Positions 1-13,195 are shown, counted from the stretch's first letter. The stretch: 64,000 nt of DNA from an uncultured Chloroflexia bacterium (GCA_963720755.1 CAVRGP010000015.1:128001-192000); one strand, 5' to 3'. Made by a program: numbers and translations. The notes: generated from the sequence alone by a model not told the origin.

Positions 1-1
1 G

Positions 2-640
2 CCGCCCCTGTCCGCTCCGGTGAGCGTGCGTCCTCAGATCAGCGTCGTCCAGAAGCCGGTGCGCGTCGCGAAGGCTGCAGCGTCCGGTGCGAAGGTGGTG
101 TTCCTGGGCGATTCCTACACGACGGGCTATAACGGTGCTGGACTCGGTGCGCGCGGATGGCCGAGGATCGTCGCGCGTGCCAAGGGCTGGCGGTCGGTCA
201 AGCTCGCGGTCGCCGGGACGGGCTTCCTCAATCCTGGCTGGACGAACCAGCCCGTCGGGGCCCGGGTGACCGCCGCCATCCGCCAGAAGCCCGACGTCGT
301 GTTCATCGCGGCCGGACACAACGACTCTCGTTGGACGGTGGCGGCGACCGAGCGGGCCGCGGACACCGTCATCGCCCGCCTCCACCGGGCCCTCCCAAGT
401 GCTGTCCTGGTGATCGTCGCCCCGATCTGGCCGAGTGGAAGCCCACCGGCTCGATGCCTCGCACTTCGGGGCCACCTCCGCCGGGCGGCCGCATCGATCG
501 GTGCGATCTTCATCGACCCATTGGCCGAGGGATGGTTCGCAGGGGGCGCCCACCGCTTCATCGGGCCCGATGCCATCCACCCGACCGACGCCGGCCACCG
601 CTACATCGCGAAACGGGTGCTGGCCCACCTGCCGATCTGA
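2..640 (+). CDS. SGNH/GDSL hydrolase family protein (5' end probably outside window)
   Basis: Block motifs FLGDSYT, GTG, GHND, DAIHP; frame is open to the window edge. Confidence 0.85.
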   Translation, partial: PPLSAPVSVRPQISVVQKPVRVAKAAASGAKVVFLGDSYTTGYNGAGLGARGWPRIVARAKGWRSVKLAVAGTGFLNPGWTNQPVGARVTAAIRQKPDVVFIAAGHNDSRWTVAATERAADTVIARLHRALPSAVLVIVAPIWPSGSPPARCLALRGHLRRAAASIGAIFIDPLAEGWFAGGAHRFIGPDAIHPTDAGHRYIAKRVLAHLPI

Positions 641-701
641 GCCGTCTGCTCGGCGTGGTGCTCCGCCCGGATCGAAACGCGAAGGCGGTCGGCCCCGTTC
701 G

Positions 702-1663
702 TCAGCCGGCGCGGATCGCTGACGGTCGGTCGGTCGGAGGAGAACTCTCTGGAGCGTCGCCGGACAGGGCCACTCGGTTTCGGCCCGCCTCCTTGGCCGC
801 ATAGAGGGCCTGGTCGGCGCGAGTAAAGATGCTCTCGGCGGTGTCGCCAACCTCGCCGACGGTTCCGCCGATCGACACGGTGACCTTGATGTCGCCATCG
901 TCTGTACGGACGAGGGTGCGTTCGACCAGCGCGCGGAACCGTTCGCCAACGACCCGGAGGGTCACCGCTTCCACGTCGGTGACCGTGAGGGCGAACTCCT
1001 CGCCACCGAACCGCGCGATGTCATCGCCCTGCCGCGAAGCCGCCAGCAGGGTCCGAGCCACGGACTGGAGGGCGATGTCGCCGGTCGCGTGGCCATAGGT
1101 ATCGTTGACCAGCTTGAACGTATCGATGTCCGCGATCAGCAGGCCGAAGCGCCGGTCATAGCCGGCGAGCTGGGCGATCCGCGACGACATCGCCATATCG
1201 AAATGGCGGCGGTTCGGCAGCCCGGTGAGCGCGTCGTGCATCGCCTGATCGCGGAGTTCCGAGACCTCCTGGCGCATCGTCGACAGGCCCGTGCTGTCCT
1301 GGAAGATCTCGATCGCCCCGACGATGTCGCCGACCCGGACCTGGACGGCGGCCGACCGGACCTGGACCGGGACCCGGTGTCCATCGCCAGGTTGTCGAAG
1401 CATTTGCGGCCGACGACCTCGGACGAGGCGAAGCCGGACAGCCGCTCAGCACCGTGGTTCCAGTATCGGATCTGGCGACCGCGGTCGACGTAGTAGACGC
1501 CGTCATAGAGATTGTCGATAACGGTCCGCTCGAGATGGTCGAACGAACTGTCGACCGCTGACGGTGATTGCTGAGCGTCGCCCTTGCCCGGGACGCGCTG
1601 AGGGATGGCTTCGTCCCGCTGCGCGGTTGACCACCAGCCTGGCTGGCCGATCGACCCATTCAT
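702..1663 (-). pseudogene. PAS-GGDEF diguanylate cyclase, disrupted by a frameshift and probable internal deletion near 1385
   Basis: PAS start (DNLYDGVYYVD...WNHGAERLSG) in ORF 1136..1663; PAS end plus GGDEF domain (DALTGLPNRR, DIDTFKLVNDTYGH, RFGGEEF) in another frame, 702..1403. Confidence 0.7.
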
Positions 1664-4085
1664 TTGGCGGTGCCGGTCGACCCAATAGGTAGCCCTGGAC
1701 GAGGCTGACCCCGAGCCGGCGGAGGGTCGCCAGCTCCCCCTCCGTCTCGACCCCCTCGGCGATCGTCTGACTGCCCGATTCCGCGGCGAACTGGAGGAGT
1801 CCGACGACGAGCGCCTGGCGGGTCAGGTCGATGTCAATTCCACGAACGAGCGTGATGTCGAGCTTCACGAAGTCGGGTCGCAGCTCGACGATGTGGTGGA
1901 AGTTTGCGATGCCGGAGCCGGCGTCGTCGATGGCGACCCGGACCTTTGGGCGGAGCCGTGCGATGGCCGTGCGAACGGCTGGGTAGTCATCGACCGGAAC
2001 GTGCTCGGTGATCTCGAGGACGACCGGCCGCCCGACCTTGCGCAGCAGCCTGCCGAGCGCTGGGCCACCGGTCACGAGCGAAGGCGAGACGTTCAGGCTG
2101 AGCCAGGCGTCCTTCGGCAGGACCGCCGCCGCGCTGATCGCCGCTGCCAGTGTCGCCAGCTCGAGCTCGGCTTCGAGGCCGGCTGCGCGCGCCTTGGCGA
2201 AGACGACGTCCGGGGGCGTCCCGGTGGCGAATCGGGTGAGCGCCTCGTACCCGATACGGACACCGGTCGTGATGTCGACGACCGGCTGAAAGGCCGCCCG
2301 GAAGGCCTGGGCCCGGATGATCGCAGCGACGCTCTCGCGCCCGCGACGCAGCTGGGTTCGCGCGTCGATGTCGCGGCCGATGATCGCGCCGCTGAGCTCG
2401 GCGAACTCGACGAGCGCCGGGAGCACCTCGGTGAAGGTGGGGTCCCCGGGTGCCCGCTGGGTATCGACGACAAGGAGGCCGATCAGCCGGCCCGCCTGGT
2501 AGATCGGGGCACAGGCGGTCGAGTGGACACCCAGACCAGTCAGGAGCGTGTTGTACGGGTGCCATGGACGGTTCACCCAGGGTTCGATCCAGGTTCCCTT
2601 GGCGGCGCGCTCGGCGAGACGCCTGCTCCGCTGGACGGGCAGCCGGCGAAGCGGCGGGTCCGGTCGCCCGGTCACCGCGAAACCGAGCGCGGTCGCCCTC
2701 CGATCGAGCTCGAACATGTAGATCGAGGCGGTCATGATCTCACTGAGGCCGAGGACCTGGCGGCAGATCATCTGAGCCGTCGTTTCGACGGTATCCGCCT
2801 CGTGGATGCCGCGAAGCGTCTCGGCGATGAGGGCCCGCTCGTGGGCGATTCGGGTCGCCGCCGCCGCGTACGCCCGCTCCCGGGTCATATCGCGCTTGAC
2901 GGCGAGGTAGCTCGTGATCTCGCCGGCCTCGTCGAGGATCGGCGAGATGACACTCTCCTCGAGGAAGAGGCTGCCGTCCTTGCGTCGGTTCGTGAAGTCG
3001 GCGGTGAACGATCGCCCGCTCGCGAGGGTCGCCCACATCGCCGCGTAAAAGGCCGGCTCCTGGACGTCGCTCTTGACGATGCGCGGGTTCTGGCCGATGA
3101 CTTCAGCGCGGGTGTAGCCGCTGACCCGCTCGAAGGCCGGGTTGACGTACTCGATCCGACCGGCCGTGTCGGTGATCACGACCGAATCAGCCGACTGCTC
3201 GATCGCAAGCGCGAGACGGCGCGTCTCGAACTCGCGCCGATGGCGCTCGCTGACGTCCTGGACCGAGTGGAGATAGCCGTCCCCGAGCTTGGCGGCACGC
3301 AGGTCGAGGTACTGGTCGAGCGCGCCGCCCGCCGCATCCGGGTCGACGTAGTGGAAGTCGTCCGCGGCGAACGGGCGCCCGGTCTCGACGACGTCGCGAT
3401 ACGCCTCGAACAGCCCATTCGTGCGGTGTGCCGGGAAGAGCTCGAGGAAGGTGTGACCGACCTGCTCGGACGCCGGCACCCGACTGATGCCCGCCATCAT
3501 CGGGTTGACGTAGTCGAGCCGGAAGTCGACGATCCCGCCACCCTCGTCCCGGATCGCCGAGTGGATGGCCACGCCCTCGAGCATCGAGTCGAGCGCGGTC
3601 TGCAGGCGCGCCTCTGAGACCACAAGCGCCGCAACGAGTCGGTCGCGCTCGGCGGCCCGTTCCGTGCGTTCCGTCACGTCGCGAGAGATTCCGAACGTCC
3701 CGACCACTGCGCCGTGAGCGTCCGTCTGGATCATCTTCGTCGTCGAGTCCCATGTCTGGCGGCGGTCGGGCCAGGTCTTTCGTTCCACGAGGTCGACGAT
3801 GGGTTGTCCGGTTGCGATGACCAGCCGTTCGTCCCGATCCGCCAGGCCGGCCTGATCCTCCGTGAAGAAGTCGAGATCCGTCCGACCGACGGCGTCGGCA
3901 GGATCGGCCAGGCCGAACGCCGTGGCCAGGGACTTGCTGATCATCGTGAACCGGCCGTCCACGTCCTTGAAGTAGACGTGATCCAGGATGTTGTCCATCA
4001 GGGTCGCGAGCAGGTCGGCGGTCGGCGAACCATTGACGTTCAGCCGCAATCCGTCCCGATCCGCCCCGTTCGGGTGTGCGGTCAT
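1503..4085 (-). CDS. PAS-PAS-PAS-GAF-EAL c-di-GMP phosphodiesterase
   Basis: Three PAS/PAC repeats, GAF-like region, EAL motifs GYEALTRF, IDDAGSG, VKLD, AEGVET, QGYLLGRP; start uncertain (4085 or 4193). Confidence 0.85.
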   Translation of the reverse strand: MTAHPNGADRDGLRLNVNGSPTADLLATLMDNILDHVYFKDVDGRFTMISKSLATAFGLADPADAVGRTDLDFFTEDQAGLADRDERLVIATGQPIVDLVERKTWPDRRQTWDSTTKMIQTDAHGAVVGTFGISRDVTERTERAAERDRLVAALVVSEARLQTALDSMLEGVAIHSAIRDEGGGIVDFRLDYVNPMMAGISRVPASEQVGHTFLELFPAHRTNGLFEAYRDVVETGRPFAADDFHYVDPDAAGGALDQYLDLRAAKLGDGYLHSVQDVSERHRREFETRRLALAIEQSADSVVITDTAGRIEYVNPAFERVSGYTRAEVIGQNPRIVKSDVQEPAFYAAMWATLASGRSFTADFTNRRKDGSLFLEESVISPILDEAGEITSYLAVKRDMTRERAYAAAATRIAHERALIAETLRGIHEADTVETTAQMICRQVLGLSEIMTASIYMFELDRRATALGFAVTGRPDPPLRRLPVQRSRRLAERAAKGTWIEPWVNRPWHPYNTLLTGLGVHSTACAPIYQAGRLIGLLVVDTQRAPGDPTFTEVLPALVEFAELSGAIIGRDIDARTQLRRGRESVAAIIRAQAFRAAFQPVVDITTGVRIGYEALTRFATGTPPDVVFAKARAAGLEAELELATLAAAISAAAVLPKDAWLSLNVSPSLVTGGPALGRLLRKVGRPVVLEITEHVPVDDYPAVRTAIARLRPKVRVAIDDAGSGIANFHHIVELRPDFVKLDITLVRGIDIDLTRQALVVGLLQFAAESGSQTIAEGVETEGELATLRRLGVSLVQGYLLGRPAPPNEWVDRPARLVVNRAAGRSHPSARPGQGRRSAITVSGRQFVRPSRADRYRQSL

Positions 4086-4191
4086 CGACTTTCCCGGAGG
4101 AGCCGCTCGAGGATGGCCGACCAGGTGGGCGGCGTGGTCATAACGGGCAATCAGCTCCACGGTCAACGTAGGTCCAGCGCGGATCCGTGTC

Positions 4192-4701
4192 ATGACGACG
4201 CGTCATCTTCCGGCCCGACGGCGCGAGCGGCCTAGGGTAGCGATCCACCACGAGAGGACCAATGCCGGGGAAAGCAGGACCCGCGGGCACCTGACCCGGA
4301 TCGGGTCGATAGGTACCATTGACCGGAGGACCGCCTCGGCAAGACTCCTGACGCGGCAACATCCGCCGCTCAGGCCCCTGGAGTCGCCCGATTACCAGGG
4401 CAGCACCGTCTGGACCAGCCTTGGGGCCATCTACCTTCAGGTGCTTCGAACAGTGAACCCGGTCCTGGCTGCTCGGGAGACCGCTCGGTACGTCGAGTGG
4501 ATCGAGCGGGACGGCACGTTCTGGGAGGTCACGGACACGCGCGGTCAGAACTGGGTGAGCCCGCGTTGGATCATGATCGGCGAGGAGAGCGTGCTTTGGT
4601 CGGCGGTCTTCGGCGACCTGCTCGCCTTCCCGGCCGGGACGCCGGCGTTCCTGGCGCCGCTCGCGGCGATCGCGACCGAATCGTTGCCCATCGCGGCCTA
4701 G
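4192..4701 (+). CDS. hypothetical protein (true start probably downstream of 4192)
   Basis: ORF fills the gap between the EAL gene and tRNA-Gln; the C-terminal ~115 aa have protein-like composition. Confidence 0.45.
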   Translation: MTTRHLPARRRERPRVAIHHERTNAGESRTRGHLTRIGSIGTIDRRTASARLLTRQHPPLRPLESPDYQGSTVWTSLGAIYLQVLRTVNPVLAARETARYVEWIERDGTFWEVTDTRGQNWVSPRWIMIGEESVLWSAVFGDLLAFPAGTPAFLAPLAAIATESLPIAA

Positions 4702-4765
4702 GGCTGAGCACGAGGTAGGACGGAACCGGACGGGTTCGGGTAGTCCTCGTTTCCCGTCGGTTAGT

Positions 4766-4840
4766 TGGCTGGCGAGGAAGGATTCGAACCTTCGATCTCC
4801 TGATCCAGAGTCAGGCGCCTTACCGCTTGGCCACTCGCCA
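4766..4840 (-). tRNA. tRNA-Gln (anticodon CTG)
   Basis: Reverse complement TGGCGAGTGGCCAAGCGGTAAGGCG-CCTGA CT CTG GA TCAGG-...GGTTCGAATCC...GCCA; cloverleaf with encoded CCA. Confidence 0.97.
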
Positions 4841-4903
4841 GTGGAGCGGCCGCGATGATACCGCACCGAGCCCTCTCGAGCCTCCTCTGCTACCCTGCCG
4901 TCC

Positions 4904-6559
4904 GTGGATCAGGAGGAGATCGACCCAAGCGCAGCGAGTGCCACGCCGCCCGATCACGGGTCGACGGGCGCTCCGTCATCGACCCATGGCGCTGGTCGGG
5001 CACGATACGTACCCGCTGTCCTTGACGCCCTCATTCCGGGCCTCGGTCACCTTGCCGCCGGGCGCCTCCGCCGGGCGATCCTGTTCCTGACGCCGGTCAT
5101 CGTCGCCGCGATCGCCGCGGGATCGGTCATCGTGACGACCTCCCTGCCGCGACTGGCCGGAGAACTTCTCGCCTCCGAGGTCATCTGGGGCCTCCTCGCG
5201 GCGCAGGGCCTGTTCCTGATCTGGCGTCTCCTTGCGGTGGGGTCGAGCGTCTGGAACCCGTCGCTGCCGCGGCCGGGCCGGCGCGACGTCCTGCCGGTCG
5301 CGCTTCTGGTGCTGGTCATCGTCGCGCCCCAGGCATACGCCGGGTATGCGACCAATACGGCGCGCGAGACCGCCGACGAGGTCTTCGTCGAGTCGACGCC
5401 CGTCCCGACCGGGCCGATCTTCACGCCGGAGCCCGATCCCAGCAATCTAGATCCAGCGCCGGCGTCCGCGGACCCGAGCGCCTCGCTGATGCCCTCGCCG
5501 TCGCCCAGCCCGCTCACGCCAAGGATCACCGGACTCGTGGTGGGCGTGGATTCGGGCGTCGGCCGGAGCACCTACCTGACCGACACGATGATCGTCGTCT
5601 CGGTCGATCCGGTCACCGAAACGGTGTCGATGGTGTCGATCCCGCGGGACATGGTCGACGTCCCCCTCGCGGATGGCCGCAAGTACCGAGGCAAGATCAA
5701 CTCGCTCGTGTCGTACGCGCGCCACAACCCTCGGCAGTTCCCTGGCAGTGACGGCAGCGGCTTCGATGTGCTCATGGGCGCGCTCGGGACGCTGCTGCAG
5801 GTACCCATCCAGTACTACGCCACGGTCAACCTGGGCGGCTTCGTGAAGGTCGTCGACACGCTCGGCGGTGTCAACGTCAACGTCACCCGCTCGTTCTGTG
5901 ACCCCCGCTACCGGGAATACGGCTACCTGAGCGGGTTCGCGATCACCGCCGGCCGGCACCACCTCAATGGCTATCAGGCGCTGGCCTACGCACGAGTTCG
6001 CAAGCCGCTCGGCGAGAGCGATTTCACCCGGGCGGCCCGGCAGCAGGAAGTCGTGTCCGGGATCAGGGATGCCATCGTGCGCGGCGACTTCCTGAACGAT
6101 CCGATCGGGCTGATCAAGGCGCTGGGCCAGACCGTCGAGACGAATGTGCCCCGCAAGATGCTCCCGGATCTCGCCGATCTGGCCAGCCGGGTGAACCGCA
6201 AGGCGACCTACCGGGCCGTCATCGACCACCCGCTCGTTCGCGGCGCCTATGACAGTCGCGGCTCCATCCAGGTTCCCAACATCGACCGGATCCGCAAGCT
6301 CGCCGGCCGGATGTTCCCCGCACCCGGGACCCTGCCCGCGGCCCTCTACATCGCTCGGCCGTCGAGCGGCTCGGTCAATGGGAGCGGCGTCAGCTCCTGC
6401 GGGACACCGAAACCGACCCCGAAACCGACCCCGAAGCCGACACCCAAACCGACCCCGACACCGACACCGGCGCCACCGACGCCATCGCCCAGCCCGAGCC
6501 CGAGCCAATCCCTGGCCCCGGCCTCTTCGACGTCACGGGGTCGCTCGGCGTCAGCCTGA
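4904..6559 (+). CDS. LCP (LytR-CpsA-Psr) family glycopolymer transferase with N-terminal TM helices and Pro/Thr-rich tail
   Basis: TDTMIVVS, SIPRD, KINS, ALAYARVR, SDFTRAARQQEV motifs. Confidence 0.9.
   Translation: MDQEEIDPSAASATPPDHGSTGAPSSTHGAGRARYVPAVLDALIPGLGHLAAGRLRRAILFLTPVIVAAIAAGSVIVTTSLPRLAGELLASEVIWGLLAAQGLFLIWRLLAVGSSVWNPSLPRPGRRDVLPVALLVLVIVAPQAYAGYATNTARETADEVFVESTPVPTGPIFTPEPDPSNLDPAPASADPSASLMPSPSPSPLTPRITGLVVGVDSGVGRSTYLTDTMIVVSVDPVTETVSMVSIPRDMVDVPLADGRKYRGKINSLVSYARHNPRQFPGSDGSGFDVLMGALGTLLQVPIQYYATVNLGGFVKVVDTLGGVNVNVTRSFCDPRYREYGYLSGFAITAGRHHLNGYQALAYARVRKPLGESDFTRAARQQEVVSGIRDAIVRGDFLNDPIGLIKALGQTVETNVPRKMLPDLADLASRVNRKATYRAVIDHPLVRGAYDSRGSIQVPNIDRIRKLAGRMFPAPGTLPAALYIARPSSGSVNGSGVSSCGTPKPTPKPTPKPTPKPTPTPTPAPPTPSPSPSPSQSLAPASSTSRGRSASA
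6406..6505 (+). repeat. coding Pro/Thr/Lys/Ser low-complexity repeat (TPKP)n
   Basis: Tandem ~12-nt units such as ccgaaaccgacc; a similar PT/PS tail lies at ~7359-7440. Confidence 0.8.
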
Positions 6560-6603
6560 CGGTACGTTGGTCCAGGCGACATCGGGCCAGTGACCGTGTC
6601 AGG

Positions 6604-7449
6604 ATGCCCGTGATGCCTGCCCCGCCCATCGGATCCGCCGCCGCGATCCGTCGCTTTCGCGACGGCCCGACCGCCCTCCGTCTCGTTGCGATCCTGTCCT
6701 GCTGCCTGCTCGCCGCGACCCTGACGTCGACGGTCGCGGCGGCCACGCCATTGCCGTCATGCCAAAACGGCAACACGCTCACGGCCGAGCGGACCTACGC
6801 GGATTGGTCGCGATCCATCCTCGACACGACGTTCCGCCTCAGGAAATCGTATGCGCCCTCCGACCTGCGCTCGACGGCGAACGCCGGCCTGAACGGGAGC
6901 CACAAGGTGCGGTCGCTGGTCATCGCGGACCTGCGGGCGATGGCCACGGCGGCTCGGCGAGCCGGGGCGCGGCTCGCGGTCCAGTCCGCATACCGGAGCT
7001 ACGCGACCCAGAAGGCGACCTTCAGCTACTGGGTCCGCGTCCTGGGTGAGGCCGAGGCGCTGAGGACGAGTGCCCGGGCAGGTCACAGTGAGCACCAACT
7101 CGGGACGACGATCGATTTCCGCGCCTATGGCGGCCCACCGGCCTGGGACCAGAAGGGCTGGGCCAAGACCAGGGTGGCCGTCTGGCTGCGCAGGAACGCC
7201 TGGAAATACGGCTTCGTGATGTCGTACCCGAAGCATCGGAAGTCTGCGACCTGCTACACGTACGAACCGTGGCACTTCCGCTATGTCGGCCGAACGGCTG
7301 CGGCGAACGTCCACGCCAGCGGGTTGACCCTTCGCGAATACCTGTGGCGGGAGCAGACGACCCCGAGCCCGACGCCGACGCCGAGCCCGACGCCGACCCC
7401 ATCGCCTTCGCCGACACCGACGTCGGAGCCCACCCCGGTACCCGGATAG
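6604..7449 (+). CDS. D-Ala-D-Ala carboxypeptidase, peptidase M15B (VanY-like), secreted
   Basis: Signal peptide; SAYRS, SEHQLG...D, EPWH zinc-peptidase motifs. Confidence 0.9.
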   Translation: MPVMPAPPIGSAAAIRRFRDGPTALRLVAILSCCLLAATLTSTVAAATPLPSCQNGNTLTAERTYADWSRSILDTTFRLRKSYAPSDLRSTANAGLNGSHKVRSLVIADLRAMATAARRAGARLAVQSAYRSYATQKATFSYWVRVLGEAEALRTSARAGHSEHQLGTTIDFRAYGGPPAWDQKGWAKTRVAVWLRRNAWKYGFVMSYPKHRKSATCYTYEPWHFRYVGRTAAANVHASGLTLREYLWREQTTPSPTPTPSPTPTPSPSPTPTSEPTPVPG

Positions 7450-7542
7450 GCCCGGCACGCGGCCGCACGCGCGAACGGGCGAACCGTATGCTTCGCTTCG
7501 TGGACTGACCTCCCGTTCGTCGCATCCGTCCGAGGAGTCGCT

Positions 7543-8511
7543 GTGGCCCAGTTCGACCTTCCACTCAGCGCGCTGCGCACCTACGATCCGGCCCTCGTCC
7601 CGCCCGACGATCTGGACGCGTTCTGGGCGTCGACCCTGGCGGATGCGCGACGCCACGCCCTGGACCCGACGTTCGTTCCGATCGACACCGGTCTGGACTT
7701 GGTCTCCACCTTCGACGTGACCTTCGCCGGGTTCGGTGGTGCGCCCATCCGCGCATGGCTCCATCTTCCGGCGGGAAGCTCGGGGCCGCTCCCGACCGTC
7801 GTCGAGTACGTGGGCTACGGAGGCGGTCGGGGCCTGGCCCATGAACGCATCCTGTGGGCGGTCGCCGGCTATGCCCATTTCGTGATGGATACTCGTGGCC
7901 AGGGATCGTCCTGGGCGATGGGGGACACCGCCGACCCGGGTTCCGATGGAGCGCCTTCACATCCGGGGTTCGTCACCCGCGGGATCCTGGACCCGGCGAC
8001 GTATTACTACCGGCGGCTGTTCACCGATGCCGTTCGTGCGGTCGAGGCCGCGCGATCCCACCACGCGGTGGATCCGACGCGCGTCGCCGTCGCCGGTGGC
8101 AGCCAGGGTGGCGCGCTCGCGATCGCGGTGGCATCCCTGTCACCGGACGTCGCAGCGGCCCTGCCCGACGTGCCGTTCCTGAGCGACATCCCGCGAGCGA
8201 TCACGATCATCGACACGGATCCTTACGGCGAGATCGTCCGCTACCTCAAGCTGCATCGGGACCAGGTCGAGCAGGCGCTGGCGACACTGTCCTACTTCGA
8301 CGTCTCCATCCTGGCGAGGCGGGCGATCGCCCCGGCCATCTTCTCGGTCGGCCTGATGGATCAGATCTGTCCGCCCTCCACCGTGTACGCGGCCTACAAC
8401 GCGTACGGGGGCCCGAAGGAGATCCTTGAGTACGCGTTCAACGAGCACGAAGGCGGCGGCGCGTTCCACGACGCGGCGAAGCTTCGGTGGCTGCGCACCG
8501 CGCTTGGTTAG
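7543..8511 (+). CDS. acetylxylan esterase / cephalosporin-C deacetylase (CE7)
   Basis: RGQ motif, GGSQGG nucleophile elbow, DQICPPST, HE; RBS gaggag upstream. Confidence 0.92.
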   Translation: MAQFDLPLSALRTYDPALVPPDDLDAFWASTLADARRHALDPTFVPIDTGLDLVSTFDVTFAGFGGAPIRAWLHLPAGSSGPLPTVVEYVGYGGGRGLAHERILWAVAGYAHFVMDTRGQGSSWAMGDTADPGSDGAPSHPGFVTRGILDPATYYYRRLFTDAVRAVEAARSHHAVDPTRVAVAGGSQGGALAIAVASLSPDVAAALPDVPFLSDIPRAITIIDTDPYGEIVRYLKLHRDQVEQALATLSYFDVSILARRAIAPAIFSVGLMDQICPPSTVYAAYNAYGGPKEILEYAFNEHEGGGAFHDAAKLRWLRTALG

Positions 8512-8592
8512 TAGCCTACTGGCAAGCATTTCCGGTATGATTGGCCGGATGCCCCGATCCATCCCACGCCCTGTGCCCGCTCGTCCGCGACG

Positions 8593-10632
8593 ATGAGCCT
8601 CGTCGCATCAGCCACGCTCGATCCGCTCCGGCGCCGGATCCGGAGCGCCGCCTATCTGCGCAAATGGGTCGTCCTCGGGGCCTTGATCGGGGTGATCTCC
8701 GGCCTCGGTGCGGCCGCGTTCTTCCTCGCCCTCGAGCTGGCGACCAGGTTCTTCCTGGGTACCCTCGTCGGGTTCGAGCCGGCGACGCCGTCCGGTGAGG
8801 GTGGGGCCGGGATCGTCGATGTCGCTCGTCCCTGGCTCCTGCCTATCGTCGTTGGTCTCGGCGGACTGATCTCGGGGATCATCGTCTTCCGGTTCGCCCC
8901 GGAGGCCGAGGGTCATGGCACCGATGCGGCGATCGGCGCATTCCACCACGGTCCGAGGGGGATCCGGTCGCGGATCCCGTTCATCAAGCTGGTCAGCTCG
9001 GCGATCACGATCGGCTCTGGCGGATCGGGTGGACGTGAGGGCCCGACCGCCCAGATCGGCGCCGGGTTCGGCTCGTACCTTTCGAGACTGCTTGACCTCG
9101 ACGCGCGCGATGCTCGGATCGCGGTGGCATCCGGGATGGCGGCCGGGATCGGGGCGATCTTCCGCGCTCCCCTGGGTGGCGCCGTGCTCGGTGCCGAGAT
9201 CCCGTACCGCGAGGACGTTGAATCGGAGGCGCTGGTCCCGTCGTTCGTGGCGTCCGTCGTGGCGTTCTCGATCTTCGGTTCGATCATCGGGTTCGCCCCG
9301 ATCTTCGGAAAGGTCGGCGGGGCCGGGTTCGAGGACCCGCGTCAGCTGTTCTATTACGGGCTTATCGGGCTCGCTGCGGGCGTGGTCGGCCGGCTGTACA
9401 TCCGCAACTTCTACGGCCTGACCGCCCGGTTTCATGCATCGCCGATCCCGAGGATGATCCGGCCCGCCATCGGCGGTTTCCTCGTGGGTTGCATCGGGAT
9501 CGTTTTGCCGGGCGTGCTGGGGACCGGTTACGGCTGGGTGCAGGCGGGCCTGAGCCGGGAGACGTTGCTGGCCATCCCGCTCTGGGTGATCCTCATCCTG
9601 CCGTTCGCCAAGATCCTGGCCACGTCGCTGTCGATCGGCTCGGGCGGGTCGGGCGGCATCTTCGGTCCTGGCATGGTCGTCGGTGGGTTGCTGGGAGCGG
9701 GGATCTGGCGCCTGCTCGAGCCGATCGCTCCGTCCATCCCGCTCGATCCGGCCCCATTCGTCATCGTCGGGATGATGGCCCTGTTCGGCAGCGTCGCCCA
9801 CGCCCCGCTGGCGGTGATGCTGATGGTCGCCGAGATGACCGACAACCTGGCGATGCTGGCCCCAGCCATGATCGCCGTCGGACTGGCGACGCTGATCGTC
9901 GGCGATCGAACGATGTACCGAAGCCAGCTCCGCAGCCGGAACAATTCACCAGCCCACCGGTTCAGGTTTGCCCTGCCGCTGATGTCGTCCATCCCGGCCG
10001 GCGACGCCGCCCGGATCCCCCGGCTCATGCTCGATGCCGGGGATACGGTCGCCGACGCGATCGCGCGGCTCGAGGCAAGCGACGTTCCGGGGGCCCCGGT
10101 CGTCGATCGAGGAGGGGTGTACCGGGGGCTCGTCACCCCGGAGATCCTCGCAGCCGCGAAGGCGGATGCGAGATTGCGCGACGTGGCCGAGACGGGCCTG
10201 TCGATCTCCGCCTCCGACGGTCTCGATGATGCGCTCGGAAGCCTTGCCGACCATCACGCCGATTGGGCTCCCGTGGTCGGTGACGGGCGCCTGATCGGGA
10301 TCCTGTCGGCCCGCGATGTCATGAACGCCTATCGGACCGCGCTGGCCGGGAACGTCCGCCAGGTCCGCGGCCTTGGAAGCGGCGGGGTCCTGCTCGAATC
10401 GGATCTGCAGGAATCGTCGCCGCTCGTGGGCGTTTCCGTCGCGGCCGCGGCCTGGCCACCCGAGGTCGTGCTCGTCGCCATCGACCGCGGGGGCGCCCTG
10501 ATCGTCCCGCGCGGCGACGTCGTCCTCAAGGCCGGCGATCACATCTCGCTGCTCAGTGCTCCCGCCTCGGAAGTGCACGCCCGGGCGCTGCTCGGTGAGG
10601 CGGGCAGGGTCGACGTCGCCGCGGATCTCTGA
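8593..10632 (+). CDS. ClC chloride channel/antiporter with CBS and TrkA-C domains
   Basis: GHGTD, GSGGREGP, GGIFGP signatures; C-terminal CBS pair and RCK-C (IVPRGDVVLKAGD). Confidence 0.92.
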   Translation: MSLVASATLDPLRRRIRSAAYLRKWVVLGALIGVISGLGAAAFFLALELATRFFLGTLVGFEPATPSGEGGAGIVDVARPWLLPIVVGLGGLISGIIVFRFAPEAEGHGTDAAIGAFHHGPRGIRSRIPFIKLVSSAITIGSGGSGGREGPTAQIGAGFGSYLSRLLDLDARDARIAVASGMAAGIGAIFRAPLGGAVLGAEIPYREDVESEALVPSFVASVVAFSIFGSIIGFAPIFGKVGGAGFEDPRQLFYYGLIGLAAGVVGRLYIRNFYGLTARFHASPIPRMIRPAIGGFLVGCIGIVLPGVLGTGYGWVQAGLSRETLLAIPLWVILILPFAKILATSLSIGSGGSGGIFGPGMVVGGLLGAGIWRLLEPIAPSIPLDPAPFVIVGMMALFGSVAHAPLAVMLMVAEMTDNLAMLAPAMIAVGLATLIVGDRTMYRSQLRSRNNSPAHRFRFALPLMSSIPAGDAARIPRLMLDAGDTVADAIARLEASDVPGAPVVDRGGVYRGLVTPEILAAAKADARLRDVAETGLSISASDGLDDALGSLADHHADWAPVVGDGRLIGILSARDVMNAYRTALAGNVRQVRGLGSGGVLLESDLQESSPLVGVSVAAAAWPPEVVLVAIDRGGALIVPRGDVVLKAGDHISLLSAPASEVHARALLGEAGRVDVAADL

Positions 10633-10675
10633 CCGTCTCGCGTCGGTCGTCGCGCGACCGATCGTTCCCGGCGCG

Positions 10676-13195
<2,520 letters not shown>

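Noticed and set aside
6604-7449. Vancomycin resistance cluster
   Set aside because: Lone VanY-like peptidase with no vanHAX or vanRS; ordinary cell-wall context beside an LCP gene
8593-10632. Fluoride-specific CLC-F exporter
   Set aside because: Has GREGP rather than the GREGT/GNNLI-type signatures, and no fluoride riboswitch is evident
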